Shown here: piece by piece, positions 38,873 to 48,700 of the stretch | Layout of the letters: the number at the start of each line of letters is the position of its first letter | Numbering within the stretch: the first letter of the stretch is position 1 | NCBI GenBank assembly: GCA_937899645.1 | Contig: CALCCD010000128.1 | Coordinates: 21,357-85,356, forward strand | Direction: 5' to 3' | DNA length: 64,000 nucleotides | From: an uncultured cyanobacterium | Lineage (GTDB): Bacteria; Cyanobacteriota; Cyanobacteriia; Cyanobacteriales; Geitlerinemataceae | Position numbers and translations under genes: made by a program | The notes under the pieces: model-generated | Seen by the model: only the letters and a program-made list of their open reading frames with translations | What the model was told of the DNA's origin: nothing | Databases searched by the model: none

Positions 38873-40705
38873 CTACTCGATACCGTAGCTATCGAGCACG
38901 TAGCGAATCTCAGCGAGGCGACGCGCTTGGTCGAAGCGCAGGCGACCCCAGTCGTTGCTAAAGCCCGAGGCTTCGAGCTGGCCGTTGTAAGGATTGATGT
39001 AGCTGTAGGAGCGCGCCTCGAAGATGGCCTCCATGCCCGTAAAGCCCTGGGCTTTTGCTTCTTTGAGGTTGGCCAGGTAGTGCTGGGCGGCGAGGGGTGC
39101 TTGGGTAGCCAGATCGATACCGGCGACCAGCTCGAGGGCGGAGAGGCCCATACCGCGATCGCGGGCGAAGGACTGCATGGCCGCGATGTATGGATACATA
39201 CGCTGGAGCTGGAGCGCATCGGCCACTTCCGGCGAGGGCGCGCCGTGCTGGAAGCTAAACGAGCCGAGGTTCCGCTTGCCGTTGCCAGGGTCGGTGTGGC
39301 CCCAGTACGCGCCGGTTTTGCCGCCATCGACGGTGCGCGTGCCTTCTGCCATGCCGATCGCGATAACGCCGGGTGAGTCGGGGTTGGCGAACAGGTCGAG
39401 GGCGAAGTCGTCGCCGATGATGTCACCGGCGATCGTCGTGTCGAGTTCGACGTCGATTTCCACATCGGTACTACGCTCGAACTTCGGCTCGCTCAGGGCG
39501 CTGGCTCCGGTCATCACCACCGGCGCGAGGCGTCCGTCTTTGACCAGGGCACGGTAGAGCAGCACGGCCACGTCGGCGCGGGTGGCGGCGAAGTGCGGGT
39601 GCAGGTCGGGATTTTCCGGGTCGGGGGTGACGAGCTGGTGTGCCAGAGCCGTCTTCAGGCGCGCGTCAGCGCTGGGCGGGATGCGATCGGCATCGCCGAA
39701 GGGCAGTGCCTCTGGCGCGTCTTTCGCAGGCGTCAGCTCCAGCGCATCGACGAGGCCGACGACGGCTTCGAGGCGCGAAACGCGCGGGGCGGCGTCGCTG
39801 CCTTCGTCGGCTTTGCCGCGCAGCTCTTTGCTAAAGCGTGCGACTTCGATCGAGCCCTCAGCGGTCTTCTTGACCTCAAAGGTCTTACGGGCGAGGCGCT
39901 GTAACTCGGGGTTGTTGGCTTTCGGGTCGAGATGAGTCGCGATAACACCGTCTACTTCACCCGTCGGAGCGCTCAGCAGGCTGACCATCGGGCGCAGACC
40001 GGCAACAACCGGGGCCGTGGCATTGTGTCCGGTGCGATCGAGGGTTGCCAGAACCTTGGCGATCGCCTGGCTGAGGGGCTTGGTGCTCTGGCTCGTGCTC
40101 TGGCTCGTGCTCTGGCCGTCCTCCGCAGCGCCTTTTCTGGCGTCCGTCTCGGCTCCCGGCTCGGAAGCAGACGCAGCTGCGATCGCCGCGCCGTCAGCAT
40201 CGACTTTTGCCGCCGCCTTATCATCCGACGCGCTCTGCGCGTCGGCCCCAGACTCTGACGCCTTGGCCGCTTCGGGGATCTCGAGCATCTCGGCTTTGCT
40301 GGCGACGGTCAGCGCGCGATCGAGCCACTCCGTCAGCTCGGCGTGGGTCAGCGGCGCGTCCGGACGAAACTGGCCGTCGCTCGGCGCGGCGAGAGCGCCT
40401 TGCTGGATTAACGCTTCGATGTAGGGCTGCGACCAGTGCTCGTTCAGGTCGGCGATCGCGTTGGCGTTGGGAACGAAAATATTGTTGCCGTAAATCGGCG
40501 CGGGGCCGTCGGGGTCGGCGGGCTGGCAGACGTTCACCGGGGCCGAGCGACCCGTCAACTCCGAGGGCAGACTGACGATCTGGCAGTTTTCCGGCAGTTG
40601 GATCGCGACGCGGCCCGGTTGTTCGGCCTCGGGGGTTGCATTCGCACCAGGCGCGAGGGGATTGGCAGCCGCAAGGGCAAGCAGAACGGCAGTCGGGAAA
40701 CTCAT
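38873..40705 (-). CDS. SLH-domain envelope protein with a C-terminal lysozyme-like (AEGTRT..DPGN) domain
   Basis: Signal peptide. SLH-like segments (LNEHWSQPYIEALIQQGAL...FRPDAPLTHAELTEWL; ATRADVAVLLYRAL). The C-terminal roughly 190 aa are paralogous to 28466-29179. Confidence 0.75.
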   Translation of the reverse strand: MSFPTAVLLALAAANPLAPGANATPEAEQPGRVAIQLPENCQIVSLPSELTGRSAPVNVCQPADPDGPAPIYGNNIFVPNANAIADLNEHWSQPYIEALIQQGALAAPSDGQFRPDAPLTHAELTEWLDRALTVASKAEMLEIPEAAKASESGADAQSASDDKAAAKVDADGAAIAAASASEPGAETDARKGAAEDGQSTSQSTSQSTKPLSQAIAKVLATLDRTGHNATAPVVAGLRPMVSLLSAPTGEVDGVIATHLDPKANNPELQRLARKTFEVKKTAEGSIEVARFSKELRGKADEGSDAAPRVSRLEAVVGLVDALELTPAKDAPEALPFGDADRIPPSADARLKTALAHQLVTPDPENPDLHPHFAATRADVAVLLYRALVKDGRLAPVVMTGASALSEPKFERSTDVEIDVELDTTIAGDIIGDDFALDLFANPDSPGVIAIGMAEGTRTVDGGKTGAYWGHTDPGNGKRNLGSFSFQHGAPSPEVADALQLQRMYPYIAAMQSFARDRGMGLSALELVAGIDLATQAPLAAQHYLANLKEAKAQGFTGMEAIFEARSYSYINPYNGQLEASGFSNDWGRLRFDQARRLAEIRYVLDSYGIE

Positions 40706-41232
40706 AGGTCGGCGTTGGGGTTTACGTCGGCAAGCGGTCGGCGATGGAAATAAGTCGGGGCAGGCACGCGGACGCGATCGATCGCGCTGCGCTCGCTTCT
40801 CAGAGTTCGGGAGCCATAAGGGCCATGCCGGAAACGCACGCGCAAATCGCGCAGTCTACGTTTCAGAATGTTAACTCGCCCCATAATACATCGCCCGATT
40901 CACTACGGTCAGGGTGAAAGCCGCAATTTTCAGGCGGCACGGCCACCGCGCCGAACTGTTGGGCTTGTGGCTTGAGGACAGCTTTACCTCGACGTCCTAG
41001 GCCGTGGACTCGAAGGCGGAAAGGCCAGTGAGCCCAGCCCCTGTCGAACTATCCACCCGCACCCTGAGAACTTACGCATTGAGTTCTTGCATTCGATCTC
41101 GGGTGATAATAACGGAGAAAAGTTAAGTGGGCTTTACAGTTTCAGAACGTTATTATTTGCAGACTCATTCGCAATCGTTTGACCTCGCGCTCCGCCGTTG
41201 AGTTCCCGCCCCGCTAACGCCCTCGAACATTC

Positions 41233-41847
41233 ATGGCTCCCAAACGCTCCCGTCCGACCTCGCGCTCCACGCGCAACGATGACTACGACTATTACGGTGG
41301 CGACGCCTATGGTGGCGATCGCGGCGGTCAGCGCGGCGGCAAGGGTAACGGCAAAAGCGGCGGCAAAAGCGGTGGCATGAACCCGCTGATGCTGGCGCTG
41401 TTCGGCGGCATCTTTATCCTCGGCATTGGCGTCGGCATTGCCTTTAGCTCGACGGCGACAGTCAGCGAGCGCAACGTGGCCAACCGCGAGTTCCTCGATC
41501 GCAACGCGCCCAACCCGGAGGTCTGCGTGCAGTTCGGCGCGAGCGCGATGGTGGTTGAGAGTCGATCGTACGTAACGCTCAACCCGTTTAACGTCTACAT
41601 TTCGCAGCCGCGCATCGTACCGGGCTGCGTGATGCGTAGCAACAACTGGTCGGTGCTGGAGCGCGCTAAGGCCGTGACGCCGGAAGAGGTGCGCGACTGC
41701 AAAAACCGCCTGAATACGTTTGGCTTTACGGGCAACCTGGAAGACGACCCGCTGGTGCAGTGCATCTACCAAAACGACGGCGAGGACAACCAGTTCCGCA
41801 ACAATCCCGGCGTCTCGGCTCCGGCCCCGGAGGGCGAGCGATTCTAG
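41233..41847 (+). CDS. Conserved hypothetical membrane protein (possibly DUF3172-like)
   Basis: Gly/Asp/Tyr-rich N-terminus, one TM segment, and a Cys-containing C-terminal domain (PEVCVQFGASAMVV...PGCVMRSNNW). The family name is from memory. Confidence 0.65.
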   Translation: MAPKRSRPTSRSTRNDDYDYYGGDAYGGDRGGQRGGKGNGKSGGKSGGMNPLMLALFGGIFILGIGVGIAFSSTATVSERNVANREFLDRNAPNPEVCVQFGASAMVVESRSYVTLNPFNVYISQPRIVPGCVMRSNNWSVLERAKAVTPEEVRDCKNRLNTFGFTGNLEDDPLVQCIYQNDGEDNQFRNNPGVSAPAPEGERF

Positions 41848-41962
41848 TCCGCCGAGATCTGCATCTATTGAATTTAGATGAATTTAGAAACCGGGATTCT
41901 TCGGTTCGATCGCGATTTTCGTCAGCGGATCCCGGACGCCAAGCTCCTCGCGCGTTACTGAA

Positions 41963-42916
41963 TCAGCCGCACGCGCGAGCGATAACGGTGCGGTGGCGGG
42001 GGCTGTTGCAGTCGACCGTCGGTTGCTCGAATCCGGCCTCGACGATCGCCCGCGCGAGATCGAGCTGGAAGTAGCTGTCGAGGTAAGGCTCGGTACTTTT
42101 GAGCAGCGTAAAGACGTAGGGCGGCATCTTGGCGTAGATTTCCGACTGCGGGTTCATTTCCATAATGCCCAGGTGGCCGCCGGGACGAAGAATGCGGCGC
42201 ACTTCGCGCAAAATTTCGCAGGTGGCTTCAGCAGGCAGCTCGTGGCAGACCAGAAAAAGGCTCGCAAAATCGCAGCTATTGTCAGCCAGGGTCGTATTTT
42301 CCGCCGCGCCGTGGAGCCAGCGGATCGGCTGAGCTACACTCGCCCGACGCGCGCGATCGCGATAGCTGGCGACAGCGAGGAAATAGGACGAGAGGTCGAG
42401 GCCCGTGACCTGCGCCTGAGGGAACTGCTCCTGAAGCCGGAAGGCACTCATGCCGACGCCACAGCCGAGATCGACAGCGGCAGTGACGTTGGCGCGGCCG
42501 ATGCGCCGATCGACAATCTCGTAAAAGCTGTCGCGCAACTTGCGATCGCCCTCGGCTCCGGCTTCCGGCCAGATCTTGGCGTGGACGGCGCGAGCGGCAA
42601 CTTCGACTTCCGTGGCGGGGAGCCAGCCCAGGTTGCCTTCGTCGTAGGCGTGGAATGAGGTGAGGTAGTAGTCGGGATAGGTCAGGCCGGGATTTTCGAT
42701 TTCGCCGCGCAAAGCGTCGAGGTTGCAGCCGCGGAGGAGCTCGGCTTCCTGCCGCCAGGGTACGCCGATCGACTCGGCGCGATCGATCATCATCTGACGG
42801 GCGCGAGATTTGGCGAAGTTAGCCAGCGGCTCGATCGACAGTAAAAAGTTCACCAGCCCCGAAATCGGGCGCGGCTGGAACGACGATCGCGCGGCGGACG
42901 GAGGAGCGACAGTCAT
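41963..42916 (-). CDS. Class I SAM-dependent methyltransferase
   Basis: Motif I VDLGCGVGMS. Start trimmed to the ATG at 42916 (MTVAPPS). Confidence 0.75.
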   Translation of the reverse strand: MTVAPPSAARSSFQPRPISGLVNFLLSIEPLANFAKSRARQMMIDRAESIGVPWRQEAELLRGCNLDALRGEIENPGLTYPDYYLTSFHAYDEGNLGWLPATEVEVAARAVHAKIWPEAGAEGDRKLRDSFYEIVDRRIGRANVTAAVDLGCGVGMSAFRLQEQFPQAQVTGLDLSSYFLAVASYRDRARRASVAQPIRWLHGAAENTTLADNSCDFASLFLVCHELPAEATCEILREVRRILRPGGHLGIMEMNPQSEIYAKMPPYVFTLLKSTEPYLDSYFQLDLARAIVEAGFEQPTVDCNSPRHRTVIARACG

Positions 42917-43119
42917 GGCAGATAGGTTGAGATCGTTATCGGGACGTTTTTTAAGTGAGCCAATCCTAGCTCGATCGCTCGTTCGACTGGCGATCGACTG
43001 GCGTCCGCATGCTGCCGGTCGATTCAGTATGATGAAGTCGAGGAGCTGTCGCCGATTTCGCCGCCATTCCATCGCTAACGGTTGCAGCCGCTCGATCTGT
43101 CGAAGGGGGTGAGCCCGCC

Positions 43120-43875
43120 ATGCTCAAGGCCGTATTGTTCGACTTCAACGGCATTATCATCAACGACGAATCGATCCACGAACGGCTGCTCGAAGCGCTG
43201 CTGCTGGAAGAAAACCTGCGCCCGCATCCGGGAGAGTTTCAGGCGATCGCCCTGGGGCGCAGCGATCGCATCTGCCTCTCGGAGCTGTTCGCGCGGCGGG
43301 GCCGCATCCTCGACGACGCCACGCTCGATCGGCTGCTCGAGCGCAAGGCCGAAGCCTACCGCCAGGAAATCGACGCCCTCGAAGAGCTGCCCCTCTACGG
43401 CGGCATCACGGACTTTTTATTGAAGCTGCGCGTAGCGAACCTGCGGCTGGCGCTGGTCAGCGGGGCGGTGCGTACGGAGATCGAAACGGTGCTCGATCGC
43501 GCGGGGCTCTCGTCGCAGTTTCCCATTGTCGTCGCCGGGGACGAAGTCGCGAGCAGCAAGCCGGAGCCCGCGAGCTACTTGGAAGCGATCGCCCGCCTGA
43601 ATGCCGCCGAGCCCGACCTAAACCTCAAACCCGAGGAGTGTTTGGCAATTGAAGACAGCTTTGCGGGCATCGAAGCGGCCAAGCGCGCCGGTATCCCCGT
43701 GGTCGGCGTCGCCAATACCTTCCCGCAACACATGCTGCTGCGCCTCGCCGATTGGGCGGTCGATCGCCTGGCCGAGCTGGAGTTCGAGCGAGTGGTGCGG
43801 GTCTTTTCCGGAGAGGAGCGCGCCGTGGCCGCCCCGCAGGTATTTCTAGAGAGCGAGAGCAGTGCCGTCGGCTAA
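43120..43875 (+). CDS. HAD-superfamily hydrolase (beta-phosphoglucomutase-like subfamily IA)
   Basis: Motif I AVLFDFNGIIIND, motif II LVSGA, motif IV EDSFAGIEAAKRAG. Confidence 0.8.
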   Translation: MLKAVLFDFNGIIINDESIHERLLEALLLEENLRPHPGEFQAIALGRSDRICLSELFARRGRILDDATLDRLLERKAEAYRQEIDALEELPLYGGITDFLLKLRVANLRLALVSGAVRTEIETVLDRAGLSSQFPIVVAGDEVASSKPEPASYLEAIARLNAAEPDLNLKPEECLAIEDSFAGIEAAKRAGIPVVGVANTFPQHMLLRLADWAVDRLAELEFERVVRVFSGEERAVAAPQVFLESESSAVG

Positions 43876-44039
43876 AGACTGTCGTCAATTCCTCGCGCGG
43901 GTTTTACCCCCGCACTATCCTGTGGGTCTTTTGGGTCGGGCGCGCGATCGCTCCATCGAGGTTCCGGCGCTGGTGGCTGACCTGTCCCACGCCGAGCCCG
44001 AAGTCCCGACGCCTCCGTGCTAGGATCGGCCTGACTTTC

Positions 44040-44112
44040 GGGGAATTAGCTCAGTTGGTAGAGCGCTGCGATCGCACCGCAGAGGTCAGGAGTTCGAGTC
44101 TCCTATTCTCCA
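44040..44112 (+). tRNA. tRNA-Ala (anticodon CGC)
   Basis: Hand-folded cloverleaf. Acceptor GGGGAAU/AUUCUCC with the G3:U70 alanine identity pair, D arm GCUC/GAGC. Anticodon stem CUGCG/CGCAG with loop A-U-CGC-A-C, T arm AGGAG-UUCGAGU-CUCCU. CCA is not encoded. Confidence 0.9.
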
Positions 44113-44196
44113 TTCTTCATCAAGACACTTTCAGGCCCGATCGCCAGCTTCGCCAACATCTGGCGGCTAGCTTTAGCGGCGACTTTGGCGGGGCTC

Positions 44197-45381
44197 TCAT
44201 GACTTGGCGATCGCCGAAAACGGCTGCACCAGCGCCTCCCCGATTTCGTCGATCGGCAAGACGCGCTGGGCGGCTTGGAGCGCGATCGCTTCCTTTGGCA
44301 TGCCAAACACGACGCAAGAACTTGCGTCCTGAGCGATCGTCCGACCGCCGTTCTGCGCGATCTCCAGCAGGCCCGACGCCCCGTCCCGTCCCATACCCGT
44401 GAGCAAGACGCCCGTAGCCCGATCGCGAAAGGCGCGCGCCACCGCCTCGAACATCACCGTCACGGACGGGAAGTGGCCGTCGCGCGGGTCTCCCGGCACG
44501 CAGCGCAGAATTCCCGATCGGTCGATCGCCAGGTGCGCGGTTTCCGGCGCGAAGTAGATCCGACCAGCTTCGGCGCGCTCGCCAGCCCGCGCCACCCGAA
44601 CGCTGAGCGCGCAGTCGGCGTCGAGCCAGTCCACCAAGCCCGCCAAGAAGCCGTGACTGATGTGTTGGGTGCAGAGGATGGGCGCGGGAAAGTCGGCAGG
44701 TAAGGCCTTGAAAATCTTACTCAGCGCCTGGGGGCCGCCAGTGGACGCGCCGATCGTCACGATCTGCCGGGAAGGACACTGGGCGCGATCGGTGGCGGTG
44801 GGCGAAACGCTGGCTTGTAACGTGGGAGGCGGATCTGGAGCCGGGGCCGGTTTTGAGTCTGGCGGAGATGCTGGCTCGGAAGCTGGCTGGCAGGTGATTG
44901 CCGAGTCGGGGCGGGCGAACGGCAGCCGCGACACGGGCGCAGACGTGGTGCGCACCGGCGTGCCGTGACGCGAAAACACCACCACCCCGGCCAGGACGCG
45001 GATCTTCGACAGCAGCTCGCGCTCGAGGTGCTCGCGCTCGTCGTTCATCCCGGCGAAAGGCTTGGGCAGAATGTCCACCGCACCGGCCTCAAAGGCGCGA
45101 AAGACATTTTCAGTTTCGTCGGCCTGCACGGAAGCGCTCAGCACCAAAATCGGGCGCGGAAAGCGATTCATAATTTCGTCGGTCAGCTCCCAGCCGTCCA
45201 TCTCCGGCATGTGCAGGTCGGTGCAGATCACCTGCGGGTCGAGCTGGGGGATAAGTTCGAGGGCTTCTTTGCCGTTGGCCGCCGTGCCGACCACTTTGAT
45301 GTCGGTGGCGGCGGCGAGCATGCGCTCGAGCAGCAGCAAAACCACCGGAGCATCTTCAACGAGCAAAACACGAATGGCCAC
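44197..45381 (-). CDS. cheB: Chemotaxis response regulator protein-glutamate methylesterase
   Basis: N-terminal receiver (VLLVEDAPV...DLHMPEMDG), Pro-rich linker, and a CheB methylesterase domain (IGASTGGPQAL ... GMGRDGASG). GTG start. Confidence 0.85.
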   Translation of the reverse strand: MAIRVLLVEDAPVVLLLLERMLAAATDIKVVGTAANGKEALELIPQLDPQVICTDLHMPEMDGWELTDEIMNRFPRPILVLSASVQADETENVFRAFEAGAVDILPKPFAGMNDEREHLERELLSKIRVLAGVVVFSRHGTPVRTTSAPVSRLPFARPDSAITCQPASEPASPPDSKPAPAPDPPPTLQASVSPTATDRAQCPSRQIVTIGASTGGPQALSKIFKALPADFPAPILCTQHISHGFLAGLVDWLDADCALSVRVARAGERAEAGRIYFAPETAHLAIDRSGILRCVPGDPRDGHFPSVTVMFEAVARAFRDRATGVLLTGMGRDGASGLLEIAQNGGRTIAQDASSCVVFGMPKEAIALQAAQRVLPIDEIGEALVQPFSAIAKS

Positions 45382-45673
45382 GATGGAAATCCTTAGTAGG
45401 GCAGCACGGAGCTTCTCAGGTTGAAATGCCGCAGGTAGAAATAGCCCCTCATGTACGTTCTACGGTTCGAGCCCCCTGAGCCGCCGGAACGATCGTGCGG
45501 CGCGGAATCCGGATTTTTTCTTGCGCAGCGCTTGCGGCTCGACCGCTTCGGCAAATGTCCCAACTGGCTGCCTACTGTGTTTCTAGGGTAGCGCGTCTCG
45601 ATCGCGGCCCGATCTCGCGGGCTTCTGGAGTCGGGGGGCTCGCATGGCGATCGCGGGGGAACTTCCGCCCGGA

Positions 45674-45735
45674 ATATTTGACGAATATTTGACCCAGAGG
45701 CGACATATTTGACCCAGAGGCGACCCAGAGGCGAC
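45674..45735. repeat. Short compound tandem repeat in the cheA-cheB spacer
   Basis: ATATTTGAC occurs 3 times and CCAGAGGCGAC 3 times, interleaved. Direct reading. Confidence 0.6.
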
Positions 45736-45757
45736 CCCGACTCGGCTTCGACTTAAC

Positions 45758-48700
45758 TCAAATCAGGCGGTTCAGCGTCTCGATCAAGATGGCTTGGTTG
45801 AAGCTGCTTTTGGTGATGTAGGCGTTCGCGCCCGCTTCTGCGCCCCGGCGGCGATCTTCGTCGGTGGCGAGGCTGGTGACCAGCACGATCGGCAGTTCGG
45901 TATAGCGGCTTTCCTGGCGGACGCGGGCCGTAAGCTGGAGGCCGTCGAGGTTGGGCATCTGTACGTCGGAGACGATCGCGTCGAACTCGCTGCTCCGGAG
46001 CTTATTGAAGGCGTCGAGGCCATCCACGGCAGGAGTCACCTCGAAGCCCGCCGCTTCGAGGATGCGCTTTTCTTGGGTGCGCGTGGCGATCGAGTCTTCC
46101 GCCAGCAGGATGCGCAGCTTGGCCTTGCGGGGCTCGTCGATCGCCGCTGCGACCGGGGCGGCGATGCCGCGCACCGACTCGATCAGATCCGGCGGGTGCA
46201 GCACCATACACACCTCGCCCGTCCCCAGAATCGTCGCGCCGGAGACGTTTCGCACCCGTCGCAGCAGCTTGCTTTGGGGTTTGAGCAGGGTGTCCTGCTG
46301 GTCGATCGAGCGATCGACGACGATCGCTAGCAGCTCGCCATCGACGCTGAGGATGACGCAAGAGAGGTACTTGCGCTCGTTTAGGGTGACGGCGTGGGGC
46401 AAGCCCAGCAGGTTCCCGAGCCGCGCCAATGACACCGGGCGGCTATCGACCAGGATCGTCTCGCGATTTTCCATCAGGAAAATATCGTCCGGCGATAACG
46501 TCGCAGTGCTGCGGATGTACTCGACGGGAATGGCGAACGGCATTTGGTTTAGCTCCACGAGCAGCACGTTCGTCGTCGAGAGCATGCTGCCCAGCTCGAC
46601 GTGCATCGTACAGCCCTGGCCGAACTCGGAGTCGATCGCGATTTTGCCCTTGAGGCGCTCGACGTTGGCGTGAACGACATCGAGCCCGACGCCGCGCCCG
46701 GACACCTCGGTCACGAACGATCGCGTCGAAAATCCCGGCATAAAGATCAGCGACTGCACCTGGTTCGGGCTCATCGCCGCCAGGTCTTCTTCGCGGCAGA
46801 GGTTGCGCTTCAGGGCCGTCTGGCGGATCTTGTCCAGGTCGAGGCCGCGCCCGTTGTCGCTCACTTCGATCGTGGTGCTGTTGGCGGACTGGTAGCCGCG
46901 TAGGATTAGCGTCGCTTCGGCGGGTTTACCGCACCGCTGACGCTCCTCGGGCGTCTCAATGCCGTGATCGATCGCGTTGCGGATGATATGCATCAGCGGA
47001 TCTTTCATCTCCTCGAGGACGCGCTTGTCCGCCAGCGTCTCGCCGCCTTCAATCTGGAAGTTAATACTTTTACCCTGGCTGCGGGCCAGGTCACGCACCA
47101 TACGTGGATAGAGGTTAAAGATCGTCGAGAGCGGCAGCAGGCGCAGGGTCTGGATGCCGTCTTCGAGCTTGGCGGACACCGTCTCCAGCCGGGTGGTATC
47201 TTCGCCGATCGCGGCGTGCAGCGCTTCGACTCGGGCCGAGAGCCGTTCGATATTCTGCTCGACTTTGCTGTGATAGTCCCGCACCTTGCGCAGCACCAGA
47301 GCGGCCTCGCGGCTGATGTTCGGGTCGCCGAGCCCGTCCCAAGCGAAGCGGTTGGCAAAGGCTCTGCGGTTGAGCGATTCGAGCTGGCTGGCGATCGCGC
47401 CGATTTCCGCCATGCGGTGGGCGATGCGGCTCTTGGAGACGGTCAGCTCGCCGACCTGGGTCAGCAGCGCGTCGAGATGGCGCGTCGCCACCCGGATCGT
47501 GTCGATCTGATAGTTGCTGCCCTCGTGGCTCGATCGCCCGAGCGCCTGCCGGGTCATCTCCTCGACCAGGTCGGGACGGTTCGAGGCAACCTCGCCTTCG
47601 TTAACGTGGGGTGTCGCGCTCGATGTTGCGGTGGAGGCGGCTCCGGGCGCTTGGGCGGAGGTTGCAGCGGGCGAGGCGGTCGATGTCGGCGGGGACGACA
47701 GGCGGGCAGAACGGGCGGGCGGGGCGGCTCCGGGCGCTTCTAGCTCGGCGATCGCCGTGGCGATCTCGAAGTCGATCGGCGTGCCTTCTGTGGCTTGGTT
47801 CACCAGCGCGCGAATCCGTTCGATGCCCAGCGCGAGACGATCGCACAGCTCCGAGGTCAGCGCGATGCTGCTTTCTTTAACGGGGATAAGCTGCTGCTCC
47901 CAGGCGTGGGCGAGGGGAACCAGAGCCTCGACGCCCAGCATGCCCGAGTCGCCCTTGATGCTGTGGATTTCGCGCAGGACCGAGTCGAGGCGGGCGGTGT
48001 CGTCAGGATGGCGCTCGAGGTGCAGCAAGCCGGCATCGAGCTGCTCGAGATGGTCGGCGCTGGCCACCCGAAATATATCGCGCAGCTCTTCGTCGTCGAT
48101 AAAGTGCGCGACCTGGGAGATCGCAGAGATCGGCGCGATCGGCGCGGGGGCGGGTGTCGGCACAGCGTCGATCGCGTCGGCAGCAATCCCGGCGGCTTCG
48201 GTCGGGTCGCTCGCGCCGGTCTCTGGAGAAATCTCCGAGCGGACTTCCGGTCTGCTTTCCGGGTTAACTTCTGGGCTGGCCTCCAAGCTGGCCTGTTCGA
48301 GCGGACGCTCGGACTCCGTCGGAACTTCCGCAAATCCGCCCGTCTCGGCATCGAGAGCTTCAGTCTGGCGACTCGCGGAGGAACTCGCCGCACCGCCCCC
48401 CGGCACGATCGTCGCCATCGGGTTCATTAACTGCGCGAGCACGTAAAACGTCTGAATCCCCGAAGGTTCGCCCGTCAGCGCCTCATCGACCAGCGCGGTA
48501 AGCGCCTCGAGTCCTTGGCGTAGGGTGGCGATCGTCGATTCGCAGGGCTCCGCCTCACCGCGAGCCACCTTGCGAGCCAGCTCCTCCCACTGGCGGGTGA
48601 GTGTCGCCACATCCTTGAGGCCCAGCATGCCCGCGCTGCCCTTCATCGCGTGGGTGCGATGCAACATCGCCGTCACTTTGGCCGCGTCGAATTCACCGGA

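Noticed and set aside
40889-40996. Possible ydaO-type (c-di-AMP) riboswitch in the long spacers next to the lysozyme-like genes. On the plus strand, CAGGGTGAAAGCC ... GCCGAAC ... GGACAGCTTTACCTCG loosely recall GGGGUGAAUC / CCCGAAUCCG / ACAGCUAACCUCG. A second weak resemblance is on the minus strand around 29190-29330 (GGGATAAACCCACCC, CGCCCGAACCTC, GCACAGCTTT).
   Set aside because: The matches are partial and recalled from memory. Highly conserved positions differ. I could not rebuild the pseudo-two-fold helices. The better match is antisense to the SLH gene leader. Only cmsearch with Rfam RF00379 could settle it, where a score above the gathering threshold would reverse this rejection.
41134-41772. 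Long antisense or overlapping ORFs opposite real genes (for example 41134-41772, 19104-20102, 34113-35333, 25264-26028, 58693-59697, 20939-21945, 47514-48446).
   Set aside because: These are typical high-GC artefacts. They are Arg/Ala/Gly/Pro-rich with no motifs, and each lies fully inside a gene on the other strand that has clear family signatures.
44066-44073. The HIP1 octamer GCGATCGC sits inside the tRNA-Ala anticodon arm and is widespread across the window.
   Set aside because: HIP1 over-representation is a genome-wide cyanobacterial signature, not a local feature. In the tRNA it follows from the CGC anticodon and the stem sequence.
45674-45735. CRISPR array.
   Set aside because: The only tandem repeats in the window are 9-15 nt units without spacers. 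There are no 25-40 nt repeats with unique spacers and no cas genes.
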